Positions 42,821-57,224 of a DNA stretch of 64,000 nt are shown here, in pieces. This DNA comes from Chrysomallon squamiferum (Eukaryota; Animalia; Mollusca). Location of the stretch: contig CM022675.1 in the NCBI GenBank assembly GCA_012295275.1, positions 10,788,001-10,852,000 of the forward strand, read 5' to 3'. Numbering within the stretch: position 1 is the stretch's first letter; the number at the start of each line of letters is the position of its first letter. Position numbers and translations under genes: made by a program. The notes under the pieces are model-generated. The model saw only the letters and a list, made by a program, of their open reading frames with translations, had not been told where the DNA came from and did no database searches.

Positions 42821-45787
42821 ATAATGTTGATTTAAACCAGTAATCAATAAAACAATGATATCTCTAAAATAAACATTTATCTGTGTGAAAATCTTTGTTT
42901 AAAAATAATAATATAGGTAAATGATTGTGTCATAGATAGATAAGCATATAAATAAAAAGATAGACACAAAGATAGACATACAGCTAGATACATAGATAGA
43001 TAGATCTATAGATAGAACGACAGATACATAGACAAATAAATAGATAGATAGACAGACAGATAGATAGAGAAAGAAATAAATAGACAGAAAGACATACAGA
43101 TTTATCATGAACTACTTTACAAAAGTGCTGTAAATCTATTTTAAAAAAAAAAAATTAATAATATAAAAAGAATAACTAAATAAATAGATAAAAAAACAAA
43201 AACAAACAAAAAGAAATAAATACTTGTTAAAAATATATATCATCAAAACTAATACAGATAGCTTTCTGGTTCCAGTGTTGTATTTCAAGACGGACAGAAA
43301 GGCAATTACTTATTTGAAATTGATGAGATTTTGGTGAATGTTTTCTTTTGAATTTGTGACAATACCTCGACATTTGTATGACAGATATTGTGCGAAAGTA
43401 ACAAGATTGCCCCAGTGATGAATTAACATGTAGAAAACTATATCTGAGACGGGTTTAAAAAGATGTTTAGTTAGTTGATTTCAGAGGCAAAAAAAAAAAA
43501 TGGGTATTAATTAATTTAAAAAAATAAGCTATAGAACCAGAAATATAGGAGGAATTAAAATAATTTAGATTCGCCCCTCCCCACAAAAAAGTGTTTATAT
43601 GTGCGTTTGTACGTATGTATGTATGTATGTATGTATGTATGTATGTATGTGGCTGTGTATATAAAATAAAATTAAATAAATCAGAGTTATTAATTAATTA
43701 GTTTGTACAAGATTCTTCCATTACCCATTATCCAAACGTCGATCAGTCCATCCAGCCTTTCTTGTATCCATCCATTCATCCATCCACTCTTCCGTCCTTC
43801 CATCCGTCTATCCATTCATCAGTCACACATAATCAGTCTCTCCACTGAAGCATATATATATATAAAGAAACAAAAAACATAAATAAAACGTATCATTTAT
43901 TTCCTTACTGTACGTATAATATTATTGTCTGGCAGAGAAAAAAAAAAAAAGTACTGGGTAATATTTAAGAAAGAATCGTAAGTGAATAACGAGTAACATC
44001 CATTCCGAATTACGATCAGTCCTGCAGAACGTAACCAAGTCGTAAATAGGGGACTATCTGTTATCATTATGAACCACTTAACATTTAAAAAAACAAAACA
44101 AAAAAACATCTGGCGAGCTCTAACTATTGATGCTGGTCTAGTCAATAGAGACATACTCCATTTAATTCATACACTTACGTTCTGTTTCACTGGTTGGCTG
44201 ATTTATACATTAGTTGTTCTGTTATCAGTATGTAAAACAAAATGAATAGAAAAAGAAAAAGGAAAAAGACGTTATTGTCGACCCATTCTCTTAAAGTTGG
44301 CAGTTTCTAAGTGTTCGATACTGAAACAGGAGTCGTAAGCTTCCTAAAGATCTACTTAAACATAACGTTTTAATCCATTTTTTTTTTTTTTTAAATTCAA
44401 TTACGTTTTTAGTGTTAGATTATCATGCTGGAAGTCTAATTCTCTAGAATGTTTGCCCAGGACAAGTAAGTTACAACCAAGATATACTACAGTTTGTAGA
44501 TTACGAAAGACGAGCATTCAAAAATAGAATCTTTCGCACAAACACACAATTGAGCTCACATTCACACATACATGCGCATTCGTACGTTCTGGTTGAGTTT
44601 CGTATGTGTATATGTATATATATATACATAAACACTCATATACACACACACACATATACATACATATATACGTATGATTAATCGTAGGTATAAACTGGTT
44701 AAGGTTAATATAATTCGTAAAGACGAGTGTTTTGCAAACGTTTTAAAACATACATACAGAAGGACACACACACATATACACACACACACAATCATTCACA
44801 CGAAAATCTGGTATTATTATTATTATTATTTTTTTTTTATCGTTTGTTAATCTTCAAGTGTATTCAAATATCCTGTCGTTGCACTTGTTTGGTTTTTGTT
44901 TTCCTTGCTGGCTGTCTTTGTTCACAAAACAAAAGAACAAGAAGACGTATTCATATCGCGAATACTTCCACAGAACGGCACGCGACCCGGGTTCTTCAGC
45001 GATTTCAATTCGATTCGAGATATACGCGAAACTTACCCAAAAACAAAGCGCGCAAAACAAGAAGGTCGCGAATCCGTATCCGATTCCCAGTTTTCAATTC
45101 AACCGTGCGACGTTGCGTTCGCGCCACAAACACAGTGCCAGAAAGCTTTGACATTTTTATCGGGCTAATTGTTCGAACTATCCGTGGGGGTCAAACCAAT
45201 AAATCCTCGGTGAAAAGAAAAGTCATTCGCCATTAAGGCGAGGTCAGAATTTCAAGCCCCAAGTTGTCTGGTGTGTAGCCAGGCAAATGTGCCACATAAT
45301 ACCTGACACGTTCATACGATATGATGTATTTCCGTGAACGGCTTTGTTCCGTTTTACTTCGTGAAGTTTTTTTTTTTTTTTTTTTTTTTTTTCTCTCTCT
45401 CTCTCTTTTTTTTTTTTTTTTCTCTCTCTGTTTTTTTTTTTAATTCTTCTTCTTCTTTCTTTCGCTAATGCACAGTGGCATTCACCCGCGACAAACAGAG
45501 AAATATGTCAGAAACAGTATAACTCGACTGACACTTTTTTCTAGTTCGTAAATCAGGTGATAAAGTTGTACCATATGTTGTCGCTGTTTGTTGTTGCTGT
45601 CACTGTTGCTGCTGTTGTTGTTGCTACTATTATTATTACTGCTATTGTTATTTTTATTATCATTATAATAATTATTATAATTATTATGATTATTATTATG
45701 ACTATTATTATTTTTAAATGAAATAATATATGAAATCAAAATGGTAAATGAATAAATTAGAAATAATGAAATAAGATTCAAGAAGGA

Positions 45788-45823
<36 letters not shown>

Positions 45824-45988
45824 TTACACAAATAAAGAAATAATATATAAGCAGAGACACATGTATTTTTATAGTATGTATATATATATATATAAAATAA
45901 ATTAACAAATGAAAGAACAGAATGAAACGAAATGTTCACCTTTCCACATCCACTTTTCTCACTCTACCCTCTCTCGCTCGTTTTTCTT

Positions 45989-46071
<83 letters not shown>

Positions 46072-46369
46072 CTGTCTCTGACTCTCTGTCTCTCTCTCTG
46101 TAATCTTACGTTCTTGCATAGCTGTCACCTCTACTGAAATAATAGCTTCAGAACATGCTACGCGATTTCTGCCACAGAAAGAAAATATCGTTTTGCATTC
46201 GCCCGTGGGGACCGGCTTTTTGTCGCGGATTAAGCACGGAATTTCCCAGCAGTCCTTCTAGTTTCCTTCACCGGCGGAGACAAAAGCCATTGATTTATTG
46301 AATGGAAAATCACCACTAATACCCCGAATAAAAGGAAAACAGATACAGGGACTATAGCTTTTTTTTTTT

Positions 46370-46409
<40 letters not shown>

Positions 46410-46756
46410 ACTTCTAATCTGATGAACACTATCGAATAGCTTAAATCCAAACGCTCGTTAATCATTTTGTTAATCCTAAGCTGTTTGTTTTTAAAAAAAA
46501 AAATAATGACAAATTGTTTACTTTAAAAAAAAGTATATATATATATATATACACACACAGAGACAGACAAACAGAAACACAGACATCAACAGGCACAGAA
46601 ACACAGACGCAAATACGCAAATACTGAAGGGAGTGATGAAAAAATAAACTGCACTGTGGGGAAAAAAGAATTAATCGGAGTAATACTGATAAATAATTTA
46701 CACATATATAGTATTACTTTCATTTCTGTTCTTTACTTTCATCAAAAAACAGAGAG

Positions 46757-46789
<33 letters not shown>

Positions 46790-47225
46790 TAGATAAAAAT
46801 ATATAGAACTTTGCCGTACATCAAATGTAACGGTTTTGGATTAAAGAATATTACTGAAGAAAAAAAAAAAAAAAAATGTGGCATAAACCTGCACGCAATA
46901 TGCACATACATCACAAAGTTAGCTTTTTGCCAGGTTTCTCGGTGCAGTATATCTGACAGTATTTTTACAATTCAAATGATTCGCATAATTTCATGAATAT
47001 AATATCTCTGCTTTATAGATTTACGACAAAAAATAGCCAGAATATTGTGTTTAGAGAATGGGCAAATAAATAAATTAGACAAATAAAATAATTTATGTAG
47101 ATTAGGTCTAGATAAGTCATAATTCAGACGCGTCGTATTATGATCCTTTTTTAAATTGTCAATAAGAAAAAAAAAAAACGAAGAGGTAATAATAAATGAA
47201 ATAAACTAAACTAAATAAGAATGTC

Positions 47226-47311
<86 letters not shown>

Positions 47312-47508
47312 TATAACATAAAGCTACTTGTAAACAGACAAATAAAAAAACAATAAATAAGTAAAAAAAAAAAAAAAAAAATAACGTGCCATATTTAAAA
47401 GTCATTTCTAATAATTACATTCGAACCGAATTATTTTATTTTATTTTATTTAACTTTACTTTTATTCTGTTTTATTATTATTATTATTATTATTGTTATT
47501 ATTATTAT

Positions 47509-47540
<32 letters not shown>

Positions 47541-47776
47541 TTGTTGTTATTGTTATTATTATTTAATCCTAGTTTCACGAGTAAAGGTAAAACTCGGAGA
47601 GTAATTAAAACGGCGCACAGAGAGACACGTCCTAAATCTTTCCTACATTCTCGCTCCGTTGGCCCTTCACGCTTGCTTGGTTTCTGTACAGGTGATTTAC
47701 AACAAAAGCACACCTGTGACGAATATCACGAGCAACATGTTAGATTTCAGAAACTGTTACCTGTGGAAGCTTTGAA

Positions 47777-47815
<39 letters not shown>

Positions 47816-49086
47816 AACAACAAAAAACAACAGGAAATTTGATTTGATGCGAGCATGTTATATGGCTGGGGAGTTAATAACTCACGTATGCGCGCATGTA
47901 CGTGTGAAAAGGCACAAACGACATGTCAGATTTCAGAAACTGTTACCAAAAGGTACATTCACGTTTTAAACAGAGGAGTGTCATTTGATAAGCACAATAT
48001 CACAGAGTGATAATAGGGGTATAACAGTGTGTACACAGGTTAAGATAAAAATAAATGTAAGCAGATACGATCATAGACAAAGATACATCTATCTTGCACA
48101 CCATCTGTTTGTCGGTCTACATACATATATAAACTCACAGATACATATATATATATATATATCCTCTACAAAACACACACACGCACGCACGCTTGCACAC
48201 GCACAATATATATGTATACGCACATACGTACGTACATCCATCAGTCCATACGTCAATCCATACATCCGTTCCATATTACATATAATATATAGTGAAACAT
48301 ACATATATTGAAACATACATACATACACACATACGTACAAACATACATACATACACACACACATACGTCACTACCACTATTATCATACCCATTTACTACT
48401 ATTACGATACGAACAGTAGTAATAGTAGTCATCAACTACTACAGCTACTACTACTACTATCACCACCACCACCACCAATAACAACAACAAAAAAACAACA
48501 ACAACAATAACAATAATAATAATAGTAATAGTAGTAATAATAATAATAATAATAATAATAGTAATAATAATAATAATAACAACAACAACAACAATAATAA
48601 TAATGAAAGAATATTAATTTAACGTGAGATTAAAAAATTCATTCTCTCTACTCAGACACAATTTTCAACGTTTTGCACCTGATGAAAAAGAATGTTAATT
48701 TCGCGTGTCAGTTGCGTATATACATTAACTGCCTGTGTCGTGCCATTGTTATCTGATTATAATTAATCACGACAGATCATTACTTGTCACAGTACATACC
48801 TACCAGTCACCTACCTGTGAAGTAATGTACCTGCTTGATCCCCTTAACACAAATCAGATTCCGTTATGTTTCAACATGAATGTTTCCGTCGTTCTGGCGT
48901 TTTCATTAGACAAGGTGATCAGTAATTAAATTAATTTTTTGTATCGTTTCAGTTTTAGCTGGTTTTGTTTCTTTCTTTGAGCGTGCGTTCGTTTAGACGT
49001 GTGCATATGCTATTACCACCACTACTACTACTACTTCTAATACTAGTGCTATTAATAACAGTAATAGTAATAATAATAATAATAGT

Positions 49087-49130
<44 letters not shown>

Positions 49131-49226
49131 GTATGTTTGATGGATGTATGTTTGTATGAATGAATGCATGTATGAATGTGAATATGTTATCCTTTACTTT
49201 GTCTGTTCCTCTCTCTCTTTCTCACC

Positions 49227-49415
<189 letters not shown>

Positions 49416-52382
49416 ACCGCTGTCTCTTCTGTCTCTTTTCCTTCCCTCCTCCTCTCTACCTGAAAATAACAATACTAATTACAATCACCTATCATTTGTT
49501 TATTAAAAAAACCCACCTTTTTTCTTCTTCATTTGTTATTGTGCATGCACTCAGTAGATCCATTTCTACCTATTATTATTTTATTTTTTTTGAAAACATT
49601 ACATCATCTAATTTTACCTGGACAATAGCAAAGTGTATAAACTTATTACGTCCATTTGCATTTTGACAGAGTGTCCATATTCCCATATCTTCGCCTCTGC
49701 TAACAGATTATCAGATCATCTAATTGACACAATGCATCAATAATATCTGTACGTGTTGAATGTATACTGCATAATACTCTAGCCATAATTAAGTTATAAA
49801 TATGCATTTTGTCCCTTCTGGTATAAGTTCCCGAAGTACCCGAAGAAAAATGAAAAGATATCGTTATTTGATTCTGTTAAAATTTTAATATTATTTATTT
49901 AGTCTGATTTATTTGATTCTGTTTGGACTCTGGCATGTTTGTGTATGAATGTCTTCTTCGATTTCATTTCGTTTATTTTTATTGTTATTGTTTTGAACTG
50001 ATGCTATCTAGGTTAACATTTATGAAACAAACAGATACACACACACACACACACATACATGCACACACATACACACATATATCCACAAACACAGATATAT
50101 ACAAATATGTTCACTGGTAACACCTCATAACATTCACACACAAATACAGATACATACATACATACATACATACATCCATACATGCATACACACAAACACG
50201 CATATAGCATGCATACAAACAATTATTATGCCAACAAAACACTCAAAACATTATATAAAAATGAAAAGAAATAAGATAAAATAAGAATCAAAATATAAAA
50301 TAAAATAAAATAAAATAAAATCAATCAATCAATCAATTAAATTAAATTAAATTAAATTAAATAAAAATAAAATAAAATAAAAAATGAATGAATGAAAAAA
50401 ACCCCAAAACCAACCAACAAACAGAAAAACAAAACAAAACAAAAGCAAACAAAAAAAACAGACAACCAAAAAAAATTTGTTTTTTTTTTAAATTTTTTAT
50501 ATTATTTCTGTTTAAAACTGATTTCATTGTGTTTTGATTTTTGAATGATATTCTCTTAACTTTAATTTATCTATTTATTTTTTCCGCCTCTGTTTATTTT
50601 ATAATATGACTTACTGTACTCTTTTTCAAGTGTTTAATGCTTTCCCGCCTCCAGCAATTGTATCCATTTTCCACTTTCTTCTTTCAGTTCAGTAAAGCAA
50701 ATTCAAAATCATAAATGATCACTTAAACTTATGAAATTCTGTTTTTAAAATAATCACGGTTAAAAATGAAAAAAGATGAAATTTGCTAATACAAGAAAGA
50801 AATTCACCTACTGTTCTGAGATAATAAAATAGTAAAAAAAAAAAAAATGATGACAACTCATTCACCTATTCTTTATTATTATTATTATTATTATTATTAT
50901 TTTTGTTGTTGTTCTTGTTATTATTATTATTATCATGATCATTATCTTCTTCATTATCTTTAACATTACGTACTTTCAGACTGTTCGGACAAAATCACCG
51001 AGTTTTTTTTTTTTTTTTTTTTTTTTTTTCTCCAAAAATAATTAACTAAATCATACACCACAAGCGTATATTAATGTTCATTACAGAAGACTAAGTTTGA
51101 TATATTTATTTACTGCAGATAATTAACAGAAGGGTTTCAGGTTCAGTTCATCAGCTGCTGATCTGTCTTGATAATAACAACCGAAACCAGATACCCGTCC
51201 TGTATTTTGCTAATATGGAAACACTAGTGAAGAAAAGAAGAAGAAGAAGACAAAGCAAATATTAACCGAGAAGAGATAAAGCATATTGTTATTTCACTTA
51301 GAAGAGATAAAAATAGATCTTGGTGGTCGAATAAAGTGTAGGAGGCCAGATGATGATGATGATGATGATGATGATGATCATAATGATGATGATGATGGTG
51401 ATGATGATGTTGAAAGTGATAAAAATAATAAACAATGTAGTAATGTCAAAAAAAAAATGATAGTAATAATCATAGTGATGATAGTAGTATTACTAACAGT
51501 GATGATGATAACGATGATGATGAAGATGATGCAAGTAATGTTAAAAATAAACACCAGTACATATCAGCAAAACAAGAAGAAGGAAAAATCTCTTCTAAAA
51601 CAATCTAACAAACACACATATAATAATATGTATATCACATACAAATATATATTAGGGTTATATATAATATATATCACAGAATAGTAATTTAATGTATCTA
51701 AGCACACTTCTTTATACGTGTGTTATATAGGTATAGCACATCAGTTGAAATGTAAACAGAGAATAGCTACAATTATTTAGATGCATGTCTATGCATGTGC
51801 ATTAGCAGAGATTTTCATTCGCTATTTGTGTGTTTACACTATGTACGTAGGTTTGATTTTATGTGATTTTATGTGCATGTCTGTATGTGTGTGCATGCGC
51901 GTGTATTTACATATGTATGTACGTTTGATTTTATTTGCATGCAAGTGTGTGTTTCAGCGTATGTGCGTGCGTGTTTGTGTGTATTTATACTGCTGTGCAC
52001 TTTCATCTGTTTTTTTGGTTCTTACTTAAAAGTACTTTTTCTTTTTCTTTTTTGTTTTTGTTTGTTTAAAAATACTTTTATCATCTGTTATTGATATAAA
52101 ATATCCTTGCTATTTCTGAAATCAGAATCTATGTTGAAAAAAAATAAACATGAAACAATAATTTTTTTCACTCAGTCAAAAAGAATAAAGAATATTATAA
52201 ATCCATAAATAAATAAATGAATGAATGAATGAATGAATAAATAAATGAATTAATAAATAAATAAAATAAAATAAAATAAAACAAAACAAAACAAAACAAA
52301 ACAAAACAAAATAAAAAACAAAACAAAATAAAATAAAATAAAATAAATAACAAAAACGAAAAAAAACAATTCTTAAAGTAAA

Positions 52383-52423
<41 letters not shown>

Positions 52424-52539
52424 TAGAAAGAAAGAAAAAAAAACACAACACAAAAAATTTAAAACAAACGCCATCAGAACATATAATTCCACCCTCAAAC
52501 TAGTGTCTTTTTGATGAATGCATTTCCAGGAACGAAGAA

Positions 52540-52870
52540 GAAAAATCAATTTAAATAATGATGCGTTGGGTATCTCTATTCTCGGCACGCAACACCGGCC
52601 AGCGTGCTGTTGGGGAAAGCTTTTGCGATCGGTTTGCGTAACTCGCTTAATTTCTACAAAGAAAGTCGTAAAGTGCCTGACGTAGACAAATGCGGAGCTG
52701 GGAAGAGAAATGAGTTACTTCATCCCGCGACTCGAGTTCGCGCTCGGCTCTGGCCACTGCTGATTCAACTCGGCACGAGATGAAAATGGCTGAATTCGGT
52801 CCGAAGCAAGTGTGATTTATTGGTTTCCCTTTCAGAACTTGTTACAGAGAAGCGCACGAGTTTCGTTCAG
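52540..52870. promoter_or_regulatory. CpG-rich candidate regulatory element ~6 kb 3' of Scr
   Basis: Dense CpG with GTCGTAAA, AAAATGGC and TGATTTATTGG (52813-52823). Confidence 0.4.
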
Positions 52871-53217
52871 AGGGGGGGAGAGAGAGAGAAGAAAAGAAGA
52901 AGAGAAAAGAAGAGAACAATGAAGAAGAGAAAAGAAGAAGAAGAAGGAAAAATGAAGAACAAGGAAGAGAAGAAGAAGTATTCATTTTGTTTGTTGATTT
53001 CATCTTTCGTTTTGTCTTTCTTTGTTTTATTTTATTTATTTATTTATTTATTTATTTATATTATTATTATTATTATTTGAATGAAAGGACGTGGCTTTGA
53101 GATGTATTAATTAATGATATATTTTCTGTTCACATTTCCACGTCCACTTTTCTCTGTTCACTCTCTCTCTCTTTCCACATCCACTTTCTCTCTCTACTCT
53201 CTCTCTCTCTCTTTTAT

Positions 53218-53302
<85 letters not shown>

Positions 53303-54555
53303 TCATTGTCGTCTTCATTTGACCATACAGCCACCACGACGTTTCCCGTTGGTAATAACATTCATTTAAAAAAACATGTTATCATAACAAGTGTTATCAT
53401 TATAACCCCTGCACTACCCTTCTCTTCTTCAAGAAAACGTATTCGACTGTCATGATTACAAGAACAACCATCTCTACCATTTTACTACATCAGTTGCTAA
53501 GACCATCATCATCACCTTCGTCGTCATCATCAGAATGGCCATCAAAGTCACAATCTTCTTCATAATGATGCTGCTGTAATGACGTTTAAATACTCTGAAG
53601 TATATTACCATTTTACTACTACTACTGCTACTCCTACAACTTCTACTACAGCTGCTTCTTGTGCTGATGTTGCTGCTGCTGTTGTTACTGTTGCTATTAC
53701 TATTACTGCTACCAGTACCATGACTAAAACTATTACTACTACTACCATTCCTGTGATAGTATTACTGCTGCTTCTGCTTCTATTACTACTTCTACTACTC
53801 CTACAACTACTTCTACTATAGCTATTAAAACTACTATTAGCTGTTTGCTACTACTATTACTGTTACTACTACTACAACTACAACTAATACTAATTCTACT
53901 AAAACTATTACTAATAACAATAATCTTCGATTAATTGAATTTTGAATCTGAAAGATTCAGTCTTCAAATGTATGCACCCGCCAGAATACGATCTTAATAC
54001 ATTTAATACGGTTCATTTTTATTTTCGTTCTAAGATAACAAGAATAAGCGTAATTAAAAATACGAAAATACTAGGCTGCAGGCCGAATGAAGGGGAAGCC
54101 ATTAAACTAAGCCAAAATGTTTGAAATGAATAAAAGTCTTGCTTAATAAATTAAGGTTAAAAACAATCATTTTGAATACGCATTAATAGGCACAATTGTT
54201 TTTTTTTTACTGAAATGTATTTTTAACAAAATGAAGTTTAATTAATAAAGGTTGTGAGTGTTCTTCAATTTCAGTACATATATATTTTTAAATAACAGAA
54301 TGTAATTCTTGCTTTGTTTAATAGTTTGTAATATTTGTGTTTTACCTCTGTGTAAAACTGTTGTTGGTTTGTTTTGTTTTTCTTTCCTTTCTTTTCTTTC
54401 TTTCGTCACATTCTTAATTTTCTTTATATTTCTTCTTTTCGTTTTTTGTTTTTTTGTGTTTCTTCCATGCTTTTCTTGTTTGTTATTCTTTTATTCTTGT
54501 TTATTTATTTACTTTTATTTTGCTTCCTTGCCCTTTGTTTCTTCATTTCTTCATT

Positions 54556-54598
<43 letters not shown>

Positions 54599-55555
54599 GT
54601 GTGTTGTTTTTAAATCTTTTCATACAGGTCATAGACATTCATTTCTGTCAGTTTTGCACATCTGTGGGATCAAATGCTGCGGACTGTGTTATCGTGTCTG
54701 TCAAAAGGTGGACATCAAAGATACGTTACAGCTAATTGGGAAGAAAAAGAAATAGGAAAAAATACGTTTTTCTTTATCATATTTCTTCTTTGCTGAAACT
54801 AATACGTTTGAACGTTTACTATTGAAATATGACAACGTACGTGTTGTTCCTTTGTTCTTTCTTTAATTCATTGTTTACGCACGGATTTATGTAAGTAAAT
54901 AAATAAATACAGACATAGGTAAACAAATAAATAAATAAATAAATAAATACAAATAAAGAAAAAGTATAATAAAAAAGATACGAATAAAAAAAAAAACACC
55001 TAAAATCCCAAGACATAACCAAACAAACAAACAAACAAACACACAAACAAATAAATAAATAAATAAGTTGTGAATTAAATATGTGCGTAAAAGACTAATA
55101 AATAATTATTGAACAAATAAAATAACATTACTTAATAAAAATGATTAAATAAATGAGTAATTAATATTAAATGAATATTGAGTAAATAAAGTAAATACAT
55201 AAAGATTAAAGAAGTAAGTAGATAAATAATAAACAATAAATTTATTAATTAAATTAAAAGAATGTGTATAATATGACATATAAATGTAAATAAATAAATA
55301 AACAAACAATGAAAAATTAAAAAAAGTCAAATAAAATCAAATAAAATAACAGATAAATCATGTGAAAACAAAAACAATTAATAATAATAATAAAAAAAAG
55401 AAACAGTATAGTTTAATAACATAATAAAATCATAAAAAAAAAACAAGAACCAATTTTTTGTATACCAAATTTATTTAACGACAATGTTACATAAATAATA
55501 CATATACTTGTGTCACAAAAAAAAGAAAAAAAAAAGGAAATAAATAATAGCAAAC

Positions 55556-55632
<77 letters not shown>

Positions 55633-56147
55633 TATATTTGAGTGCGAATGTACAGTTTAAAATTACATACAACACTGGTTTTGTTTTTGTATTTTTTTAC
55701 ATTTTGTTTTCACACACACATACACACAGAACAAAGTATATAATAAATAAAGTGAAATTGTGTATTTGTTAGTGGAAAAAGATTTGAAACGATAATTGAC
55801 TAAAATTTGATTATAAATGCACATACAGCATTCTTTATTTAACTTTAATTTTTTTTTTTTTGTGATAACTGAAATTTTTGATTGTTTGCTGAATTACGAT
55901 TTTTTATTCTATTCAATTTATTTATTTACTTATTTATTTCGCTTTTTTTTTTAATTCTTAGACTGGAACAAAGTAAACAAAAAAATAATAACGAACAGGG
56001 TGGGGGTGGGGGATGTAAACAAATGACGAATTTCTTTAACATAAACATTTTATTTTTATATTTTTATTAAAAAAGCAATCCCTGTTTGACTTTCAACCAA
56101 AGTATTCAGCATCTCTTAGTTTTTATCCTAATTTGTTTTAAACATAC

Positions 56148-56213
<66 letters not shown>

Positions 56214-56627
56214 TAATAAAAATAAAAATAATAATAATGCTTCAAACATTTATGATCATGAGTTGACATAGAGTGGACATGTTGATGAAGTGAAATGAAG
56301 TAATACGGAGATTTTGTAGAGAAAACAAAATTAGAAGATAAATAAAATATATGGAAAGAAGCTGAGTACTGCTTGTCGTAATTACGTGGACGTGGGTAGC
56401 TCGGTGTATGAGCGGTTCAAGCAGGCTTGTTATGGGCAATATTGTCGCTCACACATAACTTGAAAGGAGTAATAGAAAGTGCAATACTGTGGTATGATTG
56501 GAAACAAAAATGTTTAAGAACTGTGACAGTTTTATAGATACTGATGTTTCAGGAAACGTACATAAAAATAGCGATATTTTTGTTTTGAATTCTGTTAATA
56601 GCTAAGATAGGAAAGGTAATAATAAAA

Positions 56628-56676
<49 letters not shown>

Positions 56677-56875
56677 TAAAAAATAAAATAAAATAATAAT
56701 AATAATGGTAATTTTGTAAATTTATTAATACTGAAATTTTAGGAAGGATAAAATAAATAATGATAACTTTAACACAGCGATGATTTTTTAGGAGAAGAAA
56801 AATTAAAAAAAGATGTTTGATATATTTTAGTGTACAGAATAATGATGATGATGATGATGATGATAATAATAATAA

Positions 56876-56906
<31 letters not shown>

Positions 56907-57113
56907 AAGAAGAAGAAGAAGAAAAAAACATAATAAAAAAAAAAAATAAAAATAAACTTAGAGAAGAATTCAGCAATTCAAATTTTGAATTACGTTTTTA
57001 AAACATAAACAGCAATAATTTTAACTAATGAAGATAGAATTATATTACAGTGTAATAATATCATAATTATTGGAAATATCTTAATAAAGCAAAGGTTTAT
57101 ATGAAATGAAAGC

Positions 57114-57175
<62 letters not shown>

Positions 57176-57224
57176 CACAAAAACTCGCCTGAATGAAACT
57201 AAATTACAAGTAGAATTAAAAATA

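Noticed and set aside
44727-45236. 169-aa Arg-rich plus-strand ORF
   Set aside because: It starts in (CA)n/(TAT)n repeats and has no recognisable motif. The open frame is explained by locally higher GC.
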